Shown here: in pieces, positions 1 to 13,205 of the stretch
How positions within the stretch are numbered: position 1 is the first letter of the stretch
How the letters are laid out: each line of letters begins with the position of its first letter
Assembly (NCBI RefSeq): GCF_018977255.1
Contig: NW_024704742.1
Coordinates: forward strand, 40,116,001-40,180,000
Source: Callorhinchus milii
Lineage: Eukaryota
Reading direction: 5' to 3'
DNA length: 64,000 nt
The notes under the pieces: generated by a model
What the model saw: only the letters and a program-made list of their open reading frames with translations
What the model was told of the DNA's origin: nothing
Database searches by the model: none
Program-made: the position numbers and the translations under genes

Positions 1-604
1 GTATAGCCTGGGACTAGTCTATCAGCACTTTTATTGTATTGTATTGTTGAGTTAACTGCACATTAACAGTTAAATACATCATGCAAGTAATGGGTTTGAC
101 ACACGGCAGATGTGATTTAAAGCCCTAAAGTGATCAATTTGCCTCTTGACTAATATACAGAACAGGCTGTTGACTGTAAAAGAACCAAATTAATTGAATA
201 ACAAATATATTGAATTAAAACAAAGAGATCAGTTGGGGGTCAAGAGCAACTGCAACACAGCAGAACTCATAGTTAAAATACCCCAAATTTTTTTAAAAAA
301 ATAATCTTTGAACTTTCAAATATCACGTAACCTTGTGATGTACCATGCTGCTTCCTTTTTAAATTGTGTATAATAATATGATAATAATTACTGCATTTGA
401 TATAGTACCTTATCATGTCGTTGAGACGTCTCAAAGCGCTTCACAGAATATATTGTCAAGTGGATTGACTGTGCATTTTGTGGGCGAAACCATCAGCCAA
501 TTTTGCACATAGTAATAACCAATTGTGCAGTATATAAATAACAGAACACATGGACAGTGAACACCCTTTGTTACTGAGTTATGCTTGAGAGTGTTAACTT
601 ATCT

Positions 605-1233
605 CAGCATGGTCCAACTGGCGGCCCATGGGCCACATCTGGCCCAGCAGGTGATTTTATCCGGCCCGAGACCATTTCTAACATTCCAACTTCTGTTCCC
701 GCCCTCCCTCCCTCCCTCCCTCCCTCCCTCCCTCCCTCCCTGGTGAATGTCCTCTTGTGGCAGCTGCAGGAGCCAACAGTTGGGAGGACACAGCACGGAG
801 AGTGGAAATAATACCGTGGTTACTGCAGTCTGTCAGGAAGGCAAGCGTGTCTCTTACCAACCGTGTCCTTAGCAACCGCCGGCTCCTGCCCCTGCAGATA
901 GTGACCCTCGAGGCTGATTGAGAGAGAGAGGAATTGAGAGTGGGGAAGAGTGGGAGAGAGAAGAAGGGGGGAGGAGAAAGAGGGGGAGGGGGGATACTCT
1001 TTCTCCTTCTCTCCTCCCTCTGCCTCTCTATCCCCTCTCTCTCACACACTCTCTCGCACACATTCTCTCTCCTCTCACACACTCTCCCTCTCAATTCTCC
1101 CCTTTTCTGTCCCCCTCCCTCCTCTCTCCGCTGCCATAAAGGACGTAGACCAGGGAGGGAGGGACAGAAGTTGGAATGTTCAAAATGGTCTAAGGCCGGA
1201 TGTGGCCCGTGGGCCACCAGTTGAACAACGTTG
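605..1233. mobile_element. Non-autonomous hAT-type DNA transposon (MITE) with long imperfect terminal inverted repeats
   Basis: Left end CAGCATGGTCCAACTGGCGGCCCATGGGCCACATCTGGCCC...GACCATTTCTAACATTCCAACTTCTGT matches the reverse complement of the right end (ACAGAAGTTGGAATGTTCAAAATGGTC...GGCCGGATGTGGCCCGTGGGCCACCAGTTGAACAACGTTG). The end motif resembles Charlie/hAT termini. The 8-bp flanks ACTTATCT (597-604) and GCTTATGC (1234-1241) share CTTAT, consistent with a decayed TSD. The interior is CCCT/GA-rich low complexity. Confidence 0.75.
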
Positions 1234-4200
1234 GCTTATGCGGCTGGTGGACCTTTCTAAAGTAGGGAATCCATGCCTGCAACAGCCTGAAGATTGGACC
1301 ATCGGATTATTTTATGCACTGCTTCATTTGTCAGTCACATAATAATGGAACAGCAATAATAATTTATTAAAAGACAATAGAAAACAATAATGAGTCCCAA
1401 CTAGATATGAAATCTAGATACACTTCATGTAAATTTATGATTTGGTTTTAACGAAACCGTATAACCATTAAGTGTTAACATTTTAAACCCTCTACAAAAT
1501 GACCCCACATTTTCTGACTTTCCTCTCACCTTGAGTTTTACCACTTTTAAAATATAACCAGACCTCAGCTGACTGACATTCTAACTTGTGCTCCTTACTC
1601 AGAGGGTTTATTTGTGTTTATTGCATAAATGTAAATGTTTGGGCAAAATGTAAGAACTGAGTAGCCTAAAATTGAGAAAACTAACACCAAGCATGTCCTG
1701 AATTAGCCTCAGGCTTCAGGCCGAGTGTTCCCAACTTCAGGGAATAAATCAGTCAAAATGTTAACTGGACTGTAGCAGAGACACTAGTCTAGGCATCTGT
1801 TTACATTACTAGTGGCTACATTTCAGCAATACACTCCAGTAGTAGAACTGATAGGGCATGTTTTGAACTAACAAATGGTGAAATATAAACTGTTCCTCCC
1901 AACCCAATTACCATTAAACAACTAATGTCAGGGTGACTCCAGCGAAAAACTAAAGGTTCCTGTTATTCCCAATCAATTTCAGCAGGTGATGAGCTGCTCA
2001 CTTAGACTTGTTTTTATAAACAAGTTTACAAACCTGCTAAACACCAAATAACATTACCTGGACTCCAACGTTTGCTTGCCTCCGTTACAAATTTATTCAG
2101 GCAGATTTACATTTCCATTATTTATCATTATTTTGCTGAATTCAATTTATAAATTGATGAACGTATTCATGGTCCTAAATACAGTAAACTCACGTCATAT
2201 CTGATCACCAAAGGCGATGACATTTGCTTGGAATAAAATCTCCAAGACGCGTAGAAGATAAAACATTTACTCCATTTAAATAAACGAAAAATGTTTTGTG
2301 GATTATTTTAAAGCATGCAGGCTGTTCTTTTAAAAGTCACAGACTGGATAAAAATGAACTACAGGGAGAGCAATGCACCATCATGAAGGATAAACCAGTG
2401 TCTCGAATGGGACACTTCCAAAACAATAGTAATCCCTTGCAAATATTTCTCTTTGCACCGGATAAATGAATATTGTACTAAGTATAGACAGAAATCTGTT
2501 TAACATAAATACAAAACTGACAGTGTGTTGCACCTATTCCACTAGCATACATTTGTTTATGTGCTTAACAAACTATTAAATGTGTCCATGAAAAAANTGT
2601 TTATCAGAACCTTAAAGAGTGGGAGCGAGAGAAGCTGGAAGCATCCATCATTTTCAGGCAGATTATGTTCCTGCCAAGTGATATGATGATGCATTGAACA
2701 GATTTCAGGTCATGTGTGTTTGTAAACAAAGGAAAAACAGAGGTTTAACAAACATGATTTGTAAATATGATGGGCCTTTTAAGTGTGTTTTTCCCAGCAC
2801 TTCTGGAGAACTTTATTTTAAGCCTGACAAGTCAAATAATACATAAATTTTTACTCCGCCAATATATCTCCTCAGAAAGGGAAGAGGTCAGAATTAAACC
2901 AAATTACTTGTACGTGCACTACAAATCTGAAAATATTTAGTACCATATTTTATGTTTCAGATTTGTCTTTTTGGGTCAAATATAAATGGTATCCACATGT
3001 TGCATAAATATACATTAAGTAGCATATTTCCTAACATTACAGTACTGCTTTGTAAAGTAGAGACAAATCCATGTATAGGCATATCTAATAGACGCAAATT
3101 ATGGATATATCATTTTGGTAACCAAATCCTGACAGATTATTTTAAGACTTTTTAAATGGTTAATGGTTTTAATTGAAGTAATGTATCAAAGAGGCCTACA
3201 ATGAGGCTGGTATATATACAGGAGCAAGGACAATTACACACAAGCAAAAAAAAAGTACAAAGACGCATCTCAATAAAAATAAAAAAAAGGCTTCTTGTTT
3301 TTTGGAGTTTTTACTATTTTTCCCTCTGTAGTTGTCTCTCACTAACCCTAGTGCCACAAAATTAAACCTAGATACAGAGAGCTGAGGGCCACCCTATATA
3401 CACAATCATCATGACTTAAAATCCTGCCCTTAGCTTTCCTTCCAGCACAAAACACATGCACACATAAATTACAAGCCCCAAATAAGTAGAGAACAACTTA
3501 CCACAGGAACATATTTGTCAATATTCCCTTCAAAAGCCTCAAGAAAATGGAAAATAGCTACTAATTGTAAAATACTGGATATATAAAAACAATGAAAATG
3601 TTTATGTTCAACAGATTCATGAATTTGAACTAGCAGCCAGTGAACCTTACAATTTACTAGGGCACTCTTGGAAGGTTCCAATAAAATATCCTGCTGACAG
3701 AGCAAGAAAGGTTTAAAAATCCAGATATCATACAAAGTTGAGTTCAGCACAGTGCAGGGATTGCATTTGGGTTACATTATAGCAGTACAAGAAACAGAAA
3801 GAACAACAACAACAACCTGCATTTATATAACGCCCTTCACAAGGGATAGCGTCCCAGAGCGCTCATTGGGTTGTCGAACAAGACGGAAACATCTGATGGA
3901 AAGCATACATAACATAAATACAAAATATAAATACAAAACTGAGTGACAGGTTGCTTATTTTATATTTTGAAGCATGTGGAAAACCATCACGTGCTTAAAA
4001 GTATCCAAACCAGCCTGAGAGTTCCACATAGAAGAGTTACATACACATGAACATGTCTGGTGAAACATGGAGTGGTGACCAGCACAATGGCAATAAATCT
4101 GAGTACATATCTCATCATCCCTCAGTACACTTCTGTGCTTTGAAACAGCAATGCAAACCTTTAATCATAATCATATTGTCTGTCCAATATCATTCTTACT

Positions 4201-4629
4201 TTGTCCCATTCAATGCTTCTGATTCCATAGAATACTCCTCACATGGATCAGAATTGTCCTTGGTAATAGAATTTCATTAGCACATTAGGGTATTTTTACT
4301 TTACTTAAAGTACATTTTCAAATAGATTTTAAAAGAATCAATATTTTGTCACTCTCTGGGGCCTGCGCCCTGCTTACCTAACTGTGGAAAGTATTAGGCG
4401 CAGGCTGGCTTGGGGTATGTGTTGAGGTACTACTGGAGGTTAACCAACTAAAATGTTACACGTTGCCATTGAAAATACTGCCTGTCAAGCTTCCCACTCT
4501 TTGTCAAGTTTATTCAACATGCCTGCTTGGCTTAGGAAGTGAATTACCACGACCGCCACCGAGGATCAACTCAGGCAGATGACCTTTGAGCCAGCTCAGC
4601 CCTAAGGAGACTCAATTTACTTCCAACCA

Positions 4630-5190
4630 GGGAGAATACTGTGTCCAGTTTTGGTCTCCTTATTTAAGGAAGGATGTATTTGCCTTGGAGGGGCTGCAGC
4701 GTAGATTTACTAGGTTAGTACCAGGGATGAAGGGGATGAGTTAAGAGGATAGGCTGACCAATTTGGGCCTATATTCTCTAGAATATAGAAGAATTAGAGG
4801 GGCTCTTATAGAAACCTATAAGATCATCAAAGGGCATGAAAGAGTAGATAGTGGGAGGTTGTTTCCCCTGGTTGGAGAAACTAAAACCAGGGGTCACAAC
4901 CTTAAAATCAGAGGCCAGCCCTTTCGCACTGAGTTGAGGAAGAACTTCTTCACTCAAAGGGTGGTGAATGTATGGAACTCGCTACCCCAAAGGGCTGTTG
5001 ACGCTCAGTCCTTGAACATATTCAAGACTGAGATAGATATATTTCTTATTGCAAAAGGGATTAAGGGATATGGGGATAAGACAGGGTCAGGTTATTAGCT
5101 AGAGTTAGATTAGAAGATCAGCCATGATTGAATGGCGGGGCAGGCTCGAAGGGCGAATGGCCTACTCCTGCTCCTACATGTTATGTTATG
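4630..5190 (+). mobile_element. CR1-clade LINE, 3' end of ORF2 plus 3'UTR
   Basis: ORF 4763-5098 (LYSLEYRRIRGALIETYKII...TRGHNLKI...RKNFFTQRVVNVWNSLP) is the typical CR1 ORF2 C-terminus. It is followed by GAAGGGCGAATGGCCTACTCCTGCTCCT and an (ATGTT)n tail. Confidence 0.92.
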
Positions 5191-5279
5191 ATATGTTAAT
5201 AATGGGTGTCTATAATCATAAGAGTAAAGTGCCAAACTGTACACACATTTCATAAGAGAATTTAGAATCGTTTCACTAC

Positions 5280-6212
5280 TTGCCTTCCCCCACCTCTGAA
5301 ACATTGCCCACCTCCACCACTGCCTCTCCACTCAGGGTACCAAGACACTCATCCATGCTTTCATCATATCCAGGCTCTGGAACTCTATCCCCCAGTGCCT
5401 TCGCCGCTTCCTCCCTTTCCTCCTTCAAGGCCGGTCTCAAGACCTTTCTCTTTGACCGAGCCTTCAGCTCCCCTCTCGACTCTCTACCCCCTCCTCGCTC
5501 CCTCCCTTCCTTCCCTCCCCTCACCCTGACCATTTCCCCCCTGCTCGGGTCCTGACCCAACTGTACATCGCCTTGGGACGTCCTCCCGATGTGAAAGGCT
5601 CTCTATAAATGGAATCTTGTTGTTGTTGATTATGGTAACTCTGTTCTCGCCAAACTTCCCAACTCTTCCCTCCACAGGCTGCAGATTATTCAGCACTCTG
5701 CCACTCATGTCCTCACCCACACCAAGTTCCATAAGCCAATCACCACCATTCTCACCCGGCTTTACGAGCTCCCCATTTTTCAGGGGATCAAGGTTAAGAT
5801 CCTCATCCTCACTGTCAAAACCCTCCACAGATCTTGCTCCTCCCTTGTTCTAACACTTGCAACTAATACCTTACCAACCTTCCTGCTCTGTTGGCAGGCA
5901 CTGGCCTGCTCCATGTCCCCCACCCTGTCCACCCCACCATCAGAGGTCGGGTCTTCAGCCCTTCAGCCCCATCCTTTGGAACTCCATCCCAGATTCCCTT
6001 CAAATTGCCCCCTCCTTTGTCTCCTTCATGGCCCATCTCAAGACCTTCCTCATTGACCATGCCTGCAGTCATCCTCCCACTCCCATCCCCCTTGGCCTCA
6101 TCCCTCTTGATTCCAATCCCCATCTCGAATGCAAACCTAGACTGTCCAGCACCTTGGGACGTCATCCCGATGTGAAAGGTGCTATATAAATGCAATTGTT
6201 TGTTATTGTTGC
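5280..6212 (+). mobile_element. Two adjacent L2 LINE 3' fragments
   Basis: L2 ORF2 C-terminal motifs (LWNS.P...SFK..LKTFLF..AF) and the 3' end CCTTGGGACGTCCTCCCGATGTGAAAGGC.CT.TATAAATG followed by (TTG)n, seen twice (ending ~5630 and ~6210). Confidence 0.85.
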
Positions 6213-6659
6213 AAAATCCTGAAGAGATTTGCAAGTTTCCTTCTTACCTTAACAGAAAACTTAACACAAAATAAGTGCACTTATTTTTCCACAAAGTCAT
6301 CACCACAATCTACACACTTGGACGTGGAACCAGTGTCACTATGCTGTTACCATAAAATGATGTGCAAATGGCCTTTCTGTTTTTCTTGTGAAACATGGTT
6401 AACATTTGTGGAACCCACCACACATACACTTTAGAGTAACCAAGGTTACCAATAATCACCTCGACAGTTACTGAGACTCTCACTCAACTCACACTGAGTG
6501 ATGCGTTGACCTTTGAGGATCAGTTCATCAACTTTCTATGTGTTCTCTTCATTAACAGCTATGGCCGGGCGCCCACTGTGAAACCTATCTTGAAACGACA
6601 ACAACAAAATTACATTTATAGAGCACCTTTCACATCGGAATGACGTCCCAAGGCACTGA

Positions 6660-6972
6660 ATAATAATCCTTGAATTTGATATAGCGCTTTTCACGTCTTC
6701 TAGACGTCTCAAAGCGCTTCACAGAATATACTGTAAAGTGAATTGACTCAATACTTGTGGGTGAAACACAGCAGCCATTTCCACACAGCAGTGTCCTACA
6801 AAGAGTCGTGGATTGAGTGACCAAATTATTATTGTTTTTTTCTTGAGGGCTTATTATCAGGCATGTGGAGTAAGGAAACTTTCCCAAGGTTTTATCCTGC
6901 TTGGAATTGAACCCAGGTCTCTCGCTTGCAAAGCAAGTACTCTAATTAACCACTGAGCTACGGGACTCTGTA
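6660..6972 (-). mobile_element. tRNA-derived SINE, near full length
   Basis: Reverse complement of the family seen at 7319, 11514 and 18170: tRNA head (GTAGCTCAGTGG...TTGCAAGCGAGAGACCTGGGTTCAATTCC) and tail GCGCTATATCAAATTCAAGGATTATTA. Confidence 0.85.
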
Positions 6973-6996
6973 GCTTTTCACATGACTAAGCCAGTC

Positions 6997-7125
6997 TTAA
7001 GTACTCACGTCAACACACAAGTGTCCATACCCTTCCATCATGCAATCGTGAATCTCAATCAACAAAATCCCCTCAGCTGTGAGAAATTCAATTACTGCTC
7101 TCTTCTTAACACGTGTATCAATGCT
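6997..7125 (-). mobile_element. Tc1/mariner transposase relic (N-terminal HTH region)
   Basis: Translation KRAVIEFLTAEGILLIEIHDCMMEGYGHLCVDVST resembles the mariner N-terminal HTH motif (RAVIEFL..EG..P.EIH.RM..VYG..C.DVSTVRRW). It is truncated at a stop. Confidence 0.75.
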
Positions 7126-7318
7126 GAACCACTGGAGTGTGAGTCTAGAGTCTAGGCCATGGACTATGCAAGTGCAAAGTCCCAACATAGGGCTTAAACC
7201 CAACCCAACCATCTGACTCAGAGACAAGATTGTGACCAACTAAGTCAAGCTGACATAAAATAATAGATTGAAAAGAGAAGACCTATTAAATACTTCTTGG
7301 TCTACTTTAAAATAATGT

Positions 7319-7662
7319 GGAGTCCTTTTGCTTAGTGGTTAAGAGCACTCGACTCACAAGCGAGAGGACCTAGGTTCGATTCCCGGCACGGCGAAATATT
7401 GGGCAAATTTCCTTACTCCACATGACTGTTTACCTAGCAGTAAGTAGGAACCCAGTTGTTAGTCGATTGGTGAATCGCTTTTCCGAGGGCAATAAATCCT
7501 TAAAAAAAAATAGTCAATTGGTCACTCAATCCACTGCTGTTTCTGGGCTGCCATGCTTTACCCACAAAACATAGTCAATTCACTTTACAGTATATTCTGT
7601 GAAGCGCTTTGAGACGTCTAGAAGACTTGATAAGGCGCTATATCAAATGCAAGGATTATTAT
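7319..7662 (+). mobile_element. tRNA-derived SINE, full length with TSD
   Basis: Pol III A/B box head (GCTTAGTGGTTAAGAGC...GGTTCGATTCCC), body CTTGGGCAAG-like...GTTTACCTAGCAGTAAGTAGGAACCC, tail GCGCTATATCAAATGCAAGGA(TTA)n. TAATGT is duplicated at 7313-7318 and 7663-7668. Confidence 0.9.
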
Positions 7663-10574
7663 TAATGTCTTTTCCTTAACAAAGAAGATCAGATTTAATG
7701 GTAAAGCCTAATTTCAATGGGATAAATGCTTTAACTAAAACTTTATATTTTACTGGCAAATAGTTGCCCAAATAAATGTACAAGATCTGGATAATATATG
7801 TGTTACCAGTGACAAGTTCAATATTATTTTTTTATAGCAAAATAATATTAATTTTAAATAGTTGTAATTATTGTTGGGTAAATAGTACTAGGTTTTGGGG
7901 TGCATTGTGATGATTATTTTGTTACAGACAAGTCAGTGGCATGAGAAACAGTGCTAGTAAAAATACAACAACCCTCTTTCCCCATGAACCCACATACCTC
8001 ATAAAAAATATTACTAAAACTGCATGGTAAGCAGTTCAGTGAACTTGCAGACATTCATACACAGTCTGAACCTCTTGATCTAGTCACATCTGCTCATATC
8101 TGGCTGCTGTAGCATTTAAACACGTCATCAATACTATTGTGCAATCCTTTTTAATCTACATGAAATTTATAGATAATAGTTTAATGTGCTTGTCTGGTTA
8201 TTTAGGTTATTATCAGTTAGAATAAAATTGTTGTGCACATATTGGCTGCTGGGTTCGCCCACAAAATACACTCAGCCACATCACATTAGAGTATATCCTG
8301 TGAAGTGCTTTGAGACATCTCAACGATCTCAGCGCTATATCAAATTCAAGGATTTGTTATTGTTATAATGATTAATAAACTAGAAATAGCATTCAACGCA
8401 GGGTGGCATAAGAGTGGTATTGAGTCTTACTGAGGATCTAATAATAATAATAATCCTTGAATTTGATATAAGCAGAAAGTGTAAGATGCTGGATAATATG
8501 AGAGTTAATGATGGCTTCCATAAACTTATGTGATAGATATACAGTGGCTTGAACTAATATAATACACAAAGATTAACTTTCTTAGGGATGGGTTAATTAC
8601 AAATACAATGTCTACAAGGAAGAAAAGATGAGCTCAAGAGACTGGAGCAGTTACCAGTAAAGCGAAGGAAGAACTAGGGAGTGATTTGACAGTAGTGGAT
8701 TACAAACATTATTAATAATATGTTATACCAATGCTTCATAGAGATGTTAACATGGTGTGCAATTCAGTATATCAAAAAGAACATAGAAACTTTAAAAAGA
8801 ATGCTAAGAATGGTTCAAGGCCTTAAGTATATTCTGTGTACATACTGCATAGAGCTTAGAGTTGTCTCGAAGACGTAATAAGGTGCTATATCAAATATAG
8901 GACCCTTATAGGATTATTATTAAGACACTAAATTCAGAAGAAAGACTCAGGAGAATAGAATTAGTTTCAATGGAATGAAAATCTAGGAACACATAATACA
9001 GATGCCATATTTAGAATAATGAAAGGTATAAATGTGAGCAGGATATTTATTCACCTACCAAGTACATATTACATTTTGCAGTGAATCCTGTGAAATGCTT
9101 TGAGGCATTCTCCTGACTTCAAAGGCACTATTTCAAAAGCAAGGATTATTATTATATAACTCGATTTTTGACTGTAGAACTGGAAGACAATATAAAATTC
9201 ACAAGAACTGGACTGGAGGTTAGAGGAATCCTTCCCAATCCCTACAAACAAATATACATAATCACGCTTGTAAAATAATGGAATCGACTTCAAAATAAAT
9301 AGTTCATTCTCTTTAAAAGTGTCTAAATCAATATCATCTTAAAAAAAAGGAACAGTGGTCAGTAAGCTAAAGGTATAGCAACATTTCTGTTTCATGACTG
9401 TTTTAGGGCAATACTGTGCACAAATTGGTTTCTGCATTTGGCCACAAATGCATTGCCACTACACTTCACAGTAAAATCTTGTGAAGCATCTTGAAACATC
9501 TCGACAATGTGACAAGGCTCTATATAAAATGCAATGATTATGAGGATTATCATTATCATTGTAAAGGTTATAAAAAAAGTGCAAAAGCTTAGGAGGGGAA
9601 GGGGGAATGACAAAATTAGATAGCATATGTCAATTTGAGAAAATAACCAACCATATTGAAAGTATTTCAATATGATTTAAGCACTTTGAGATGTCCATCC
9701 AATTGAAAGGCAGTATATAATTGTAAATTGTATTGTGATTATATTGTACGTATGTTGTAGAGGGAATAGCCTTAATGGATCAAATGGCTCTTTTATTGTT
9801 TGCTTGACCGTCACAAATCCTGAAGATATGGCAAGCCAGTAGATTCAGAACTTGCCTTACTGTTTTATTCATGATATGATTATGAAGCTTGCTGAACTGT
9901 ATGTTTGTGAACAATATCTAATACCATGGCCTATGGTTTTGAGATGCAGGGAAATGTCCAATGCCAGATCTTGAAAATATTGCAGTGTGGTTTAATCCAC
10001 CAGGGGGAGCGCTTGCCAACCTTTTGTAGCATTTAAAGTACTTTTTTTTACTCAGAATTAAGATGGTGTTGGTTGAAACCCGTGTTGCCTGTTTTATATG
10101 GACATCCAGTTATCATAGTTTTGCTTTATGGACATCAATATGTATTTTGCGTCAAAACATGGAAGTGGAGGTGAGGGAATCTAGTACCAGTGAGGTATGA
10201 TCTTAAGAGAAATAATTGATCCTATAACAAAATTTACCTATATTTTGCACATTTCGGTGCTCACATGGATTGAATTACAGTCTACACTCAGTAATCTAAA
10301 CCCTAACCAGAAGCAATCGATACACAACAAAGCATATAAGTGGCCCAAGTCTACAGATAGTGCTGGATCACTGTACTTTTAAATATGATGCTGCACATTA
10401 TCAAACACAATTAAATTCACCTTCATTCCATGAAAGCATCGAGATGTTTCTTAAATGAGAATAACAGGTGGTAAACATTTTTAATACATTCAATAATATT
10501 CGAAAAGAAAAGTACGTTTGTTGTAATATCATAAAATGGGCCGTTTATAATAATAATCCTTGCATTTGATACAG

Positions 10575-12140
10575 AAAGTTGGCGGATTACACAAATATAG
10601 GTAACGTAACTAACAGTAAAGAAAGATTGGAAGTAACTTCAGGGGGACATAGACAGATTAATTGATTGGGCTGAGAAATGGCAAATGAAATTTGATGCAG
10701 ACAAATATTAGGTTATATATTTTGGTTTGAAGAATAAGGAGAGAAAGTATATATTAGGTGGTGAAATATTAAAAGGAGTAGAAAAGCAGAGGGATCTAGA
10801 GTGTAATGTACATAAATCCTTAAAGTTGGGAAGGCAGGTAGACAAAGCTATTAAGAAAGTAAATAGTTTTACAAATAGGGGTATAGAATATAAAAACAAT
10901 GAGGTAATGCTTGTACAATTACACCGCAGTTAGAATATTGCATTCAGTATTGGTCACACCACTTTAGGAAAGACATCAAGGCGATAGAGGGGGTACAGAG
11001 GAGATTTACCAGAATGATACCGCAGATGAGTGGTTTGGTGTATGAGCGGAGACTGGAGGAACTCAGACTTTTTTCATTGAAAGAAAGAAAGTTGAAGGGG
11101 GATCCGATAGAGGTCTTTAAAATTGTGAGGGGGGTTGATAGTCAATAGGGAGAAATTATTTTCATTGGTTGTTTGATTCAGTGACTAGATTGTATTAATT
11201 TAAGATAATTGTTGCCATTAATTTAAGATAATAATTAAGTACTGACCTGATGCCATATGTTTAAGGTTTACTATTTAGAGTGTGGGACTGGAACAGTTGG
11301 ACAGAGCAGGTCCAGTGGCCACTGATGCTCTGGATGTTGATCATTCCCACGTGAATGTCTTTGACTTTGACACGTAAGTTGTAAGAAAAAAACGGTGTGA
11401 GCCCTCTAATGCTGCAAAGGACGTGATAAAATGTGGTGGGAGAGCTAGTGTGTCAAAGAATCAATCACAGCCTCCCTTAGCCATGCTGACTTTAGCTATG
11501 TCCCATTAATTGTGGAGTCCTGGAGCTCAGTGGGTAGAGCAGTCACCTTGCAGGCGAGAGGACCTGGGCTTGATTCCCGGCGAGGAGGAACATTGGGCAA
11601 GTTTCCTTACTCCACACGCCTCTGTTCACCTAGCAGTAAGTGGGAACCCGGTTGTGAGTCGATTGGTGGATCGCTTTTCCGGGGATAATAATCCCTTAAA
11701 AAAAAAATTGGGTCACTCAATCCACGACTGTTTGTGGGACAGTGCTGTGTGCAATTGGCTGTTATGTATTCACTCCAAATATACAGTCAACTCACTTTAC
11801 AGTAAATTCTGTGAAGCGCTTTGAGACATCTTGAAGACATGATAAGACTCTGTATCAAATGCAAGGATTATTATTATTATAATTAGCAAATGAGGAAATT
11901 TAGCTGAATGTTTTTTTACTCATAGTTAGGATAGGGAATGTCCTGCCAGGAGCGGTGGTTGAAGCAGAATCCATATTCGTTTTCTATAGGGAACTAGATA
12001 AATAACTAAAAAGGAATCAGCTACAGGAGTATGGGGAAAGCCGGTAAATGGGACTAGAAATCATTGCTCCTAAAAGAGGGAGCACAGACACCAAGGGCCG
12101 AATGGCCTTCTTCGGTGCTATGAATTTCTACAGTTCTATG
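10575..12140 (+). mobile_element. Decayed CR1 LINE ORF2 3' region, interrupted by later insertions
   Basis: RT C-terminal motifs ADYT...LQGDIDRL.DWAEKWQMKF...GVEKQRDL in 10575-11210. The element resumes at ~11885-12140 and ends in GGGCCGAATGGCCTTCTTC...TTCTATG. Confidence 0.85.
11514..11880 (+). mobile_element. tRNA-derived SINE, full length, nested in CR1
   Basis: GGAGTCCTGGAGCTCAGTGGGTAGAGCA...TTGCAGGCGAGAGGACCTGGG head and ...TATCAAATGCAAGGA(TTA)n tail. Confidence 0.9.
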
Positions 12141-12369
12141 GACATGGATTGTTGACAGGATTGTAAATTGTTGCACATTACATGCTTTCTTTCTCAATGT
12201 GGGATCCAAAAAAGTTATTTCATTTGTTTAACAAAGAAGATAATAATATTGCTTTTGATATAGTACTTTACCATCAATTAAAATGTTTCAAAACCCTACA
12301 CAGAATCTTACTGTACAGAGCAGTGACTGTATTTGTAAACAGAAATGTTAAGCAGTAATAAACAAGGCC

Positions 12370-12870
12370 ATTGAGCTCTATTGCTAAATCAGTTGAGTTT
12401 AGATGACCAAACATCACACTGAACCTATATAGCACTGTAGTCAGGCTGCACCAAGAGTACTGCATACAATTCTGGTCTCCATGAGGAAGGGTTTGCCCAG
12501 GTCCTAGAGGCAGTGCAGTGGAGAACACAATTCCCAGTGTCAGAGGAATGAGATATTGTGCAGTAATTAGATAAGTTAGGGTTCCGTCTTGAGAGAAGAC
12601 GTCTCACAGGGAGACCTCATAGAGGTGTATAACATTTTTAAATGGGATTGAAAAAGAAAACCTAGAACAATACTTTAGGATGAATCAGCAAGACAATAAA
12701 ACAAGAGGACAGCTTAGAGTGACAAAGAGCAACTTGAGGGTAGACAACAGGAAACTTTTTTAAAATTACTTAATTAACAACTGGAACGTGTTAGCAGCAA
12801 GTGTAGTTGAGGCCAAGACTGGACTTATTTTAAAAAAAAATACAGCTTGATGAAGTGATGGGTGTACAAT
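12370..12870 (+). mobile_element. Old CR1-type LINE fragment
   Basis: Degenerate LY.ALVR.H.EYC.QFWSP...RRL.GDLIEVY..L motifs with frameshifts. Confidence 0.65.
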
Positions 12871-13014
12871 AAGCTGGTCTGACTTGGGGTCAAGAGTACT
12901 ACCAACTGAGCCAAACTGACACCTAATTAGATTTAATGGTAAAGCATAAGGCAGTGGTAGTGGAACTGAGGGAGGATGAAAACGCTGAGGGAGGTGGAAG
13001 TATAAAAAGCTTCC

Positions 13015-13205
13015 TCCACTGTTGTTGATGATGAAGATAGATCCGTTGCCGCCCAGGTTGAAGATGAGGACATACCCTCTGCCTTTCTTGGCCAGGCTGT
13101 AAAAAATGTTGGCTGTTGCTTGTTGATGATGCGGTGGACAGTGAGCCCAGTGATCACTCTGGCGTGTTTGGTCGCCTGACACTGGGAGTTGTTGAAGTAG
13201 TGCTT
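13015..13205 (-). pseudogene. HSP70-family pseudogene fragment (ATPase domain), frameshifted
   Basis: One frame reads YFNNSQCQATKHARVITGLTVHRIIN (HSP70: [26 protein letters not shown]). A second frame continues ATANIFYSLAKKGRGYVLIFNLGGNG (HSP70: PTAAAIAYGLDKK..NVLIFDLGGGT). No other HSP70 sequence is visible nearby. Confidence 0.85.

Noticed and set aside
581..1342. Cluster of ORFs up to 179 aa
   Set aside because: Derived from low-complexity tracts inside the MITE.
2597..2597. Ambiguous base n (another at 47574)
   Set aside because: Both sit beside homopolymer runs; sequencing or assembly artefacts.
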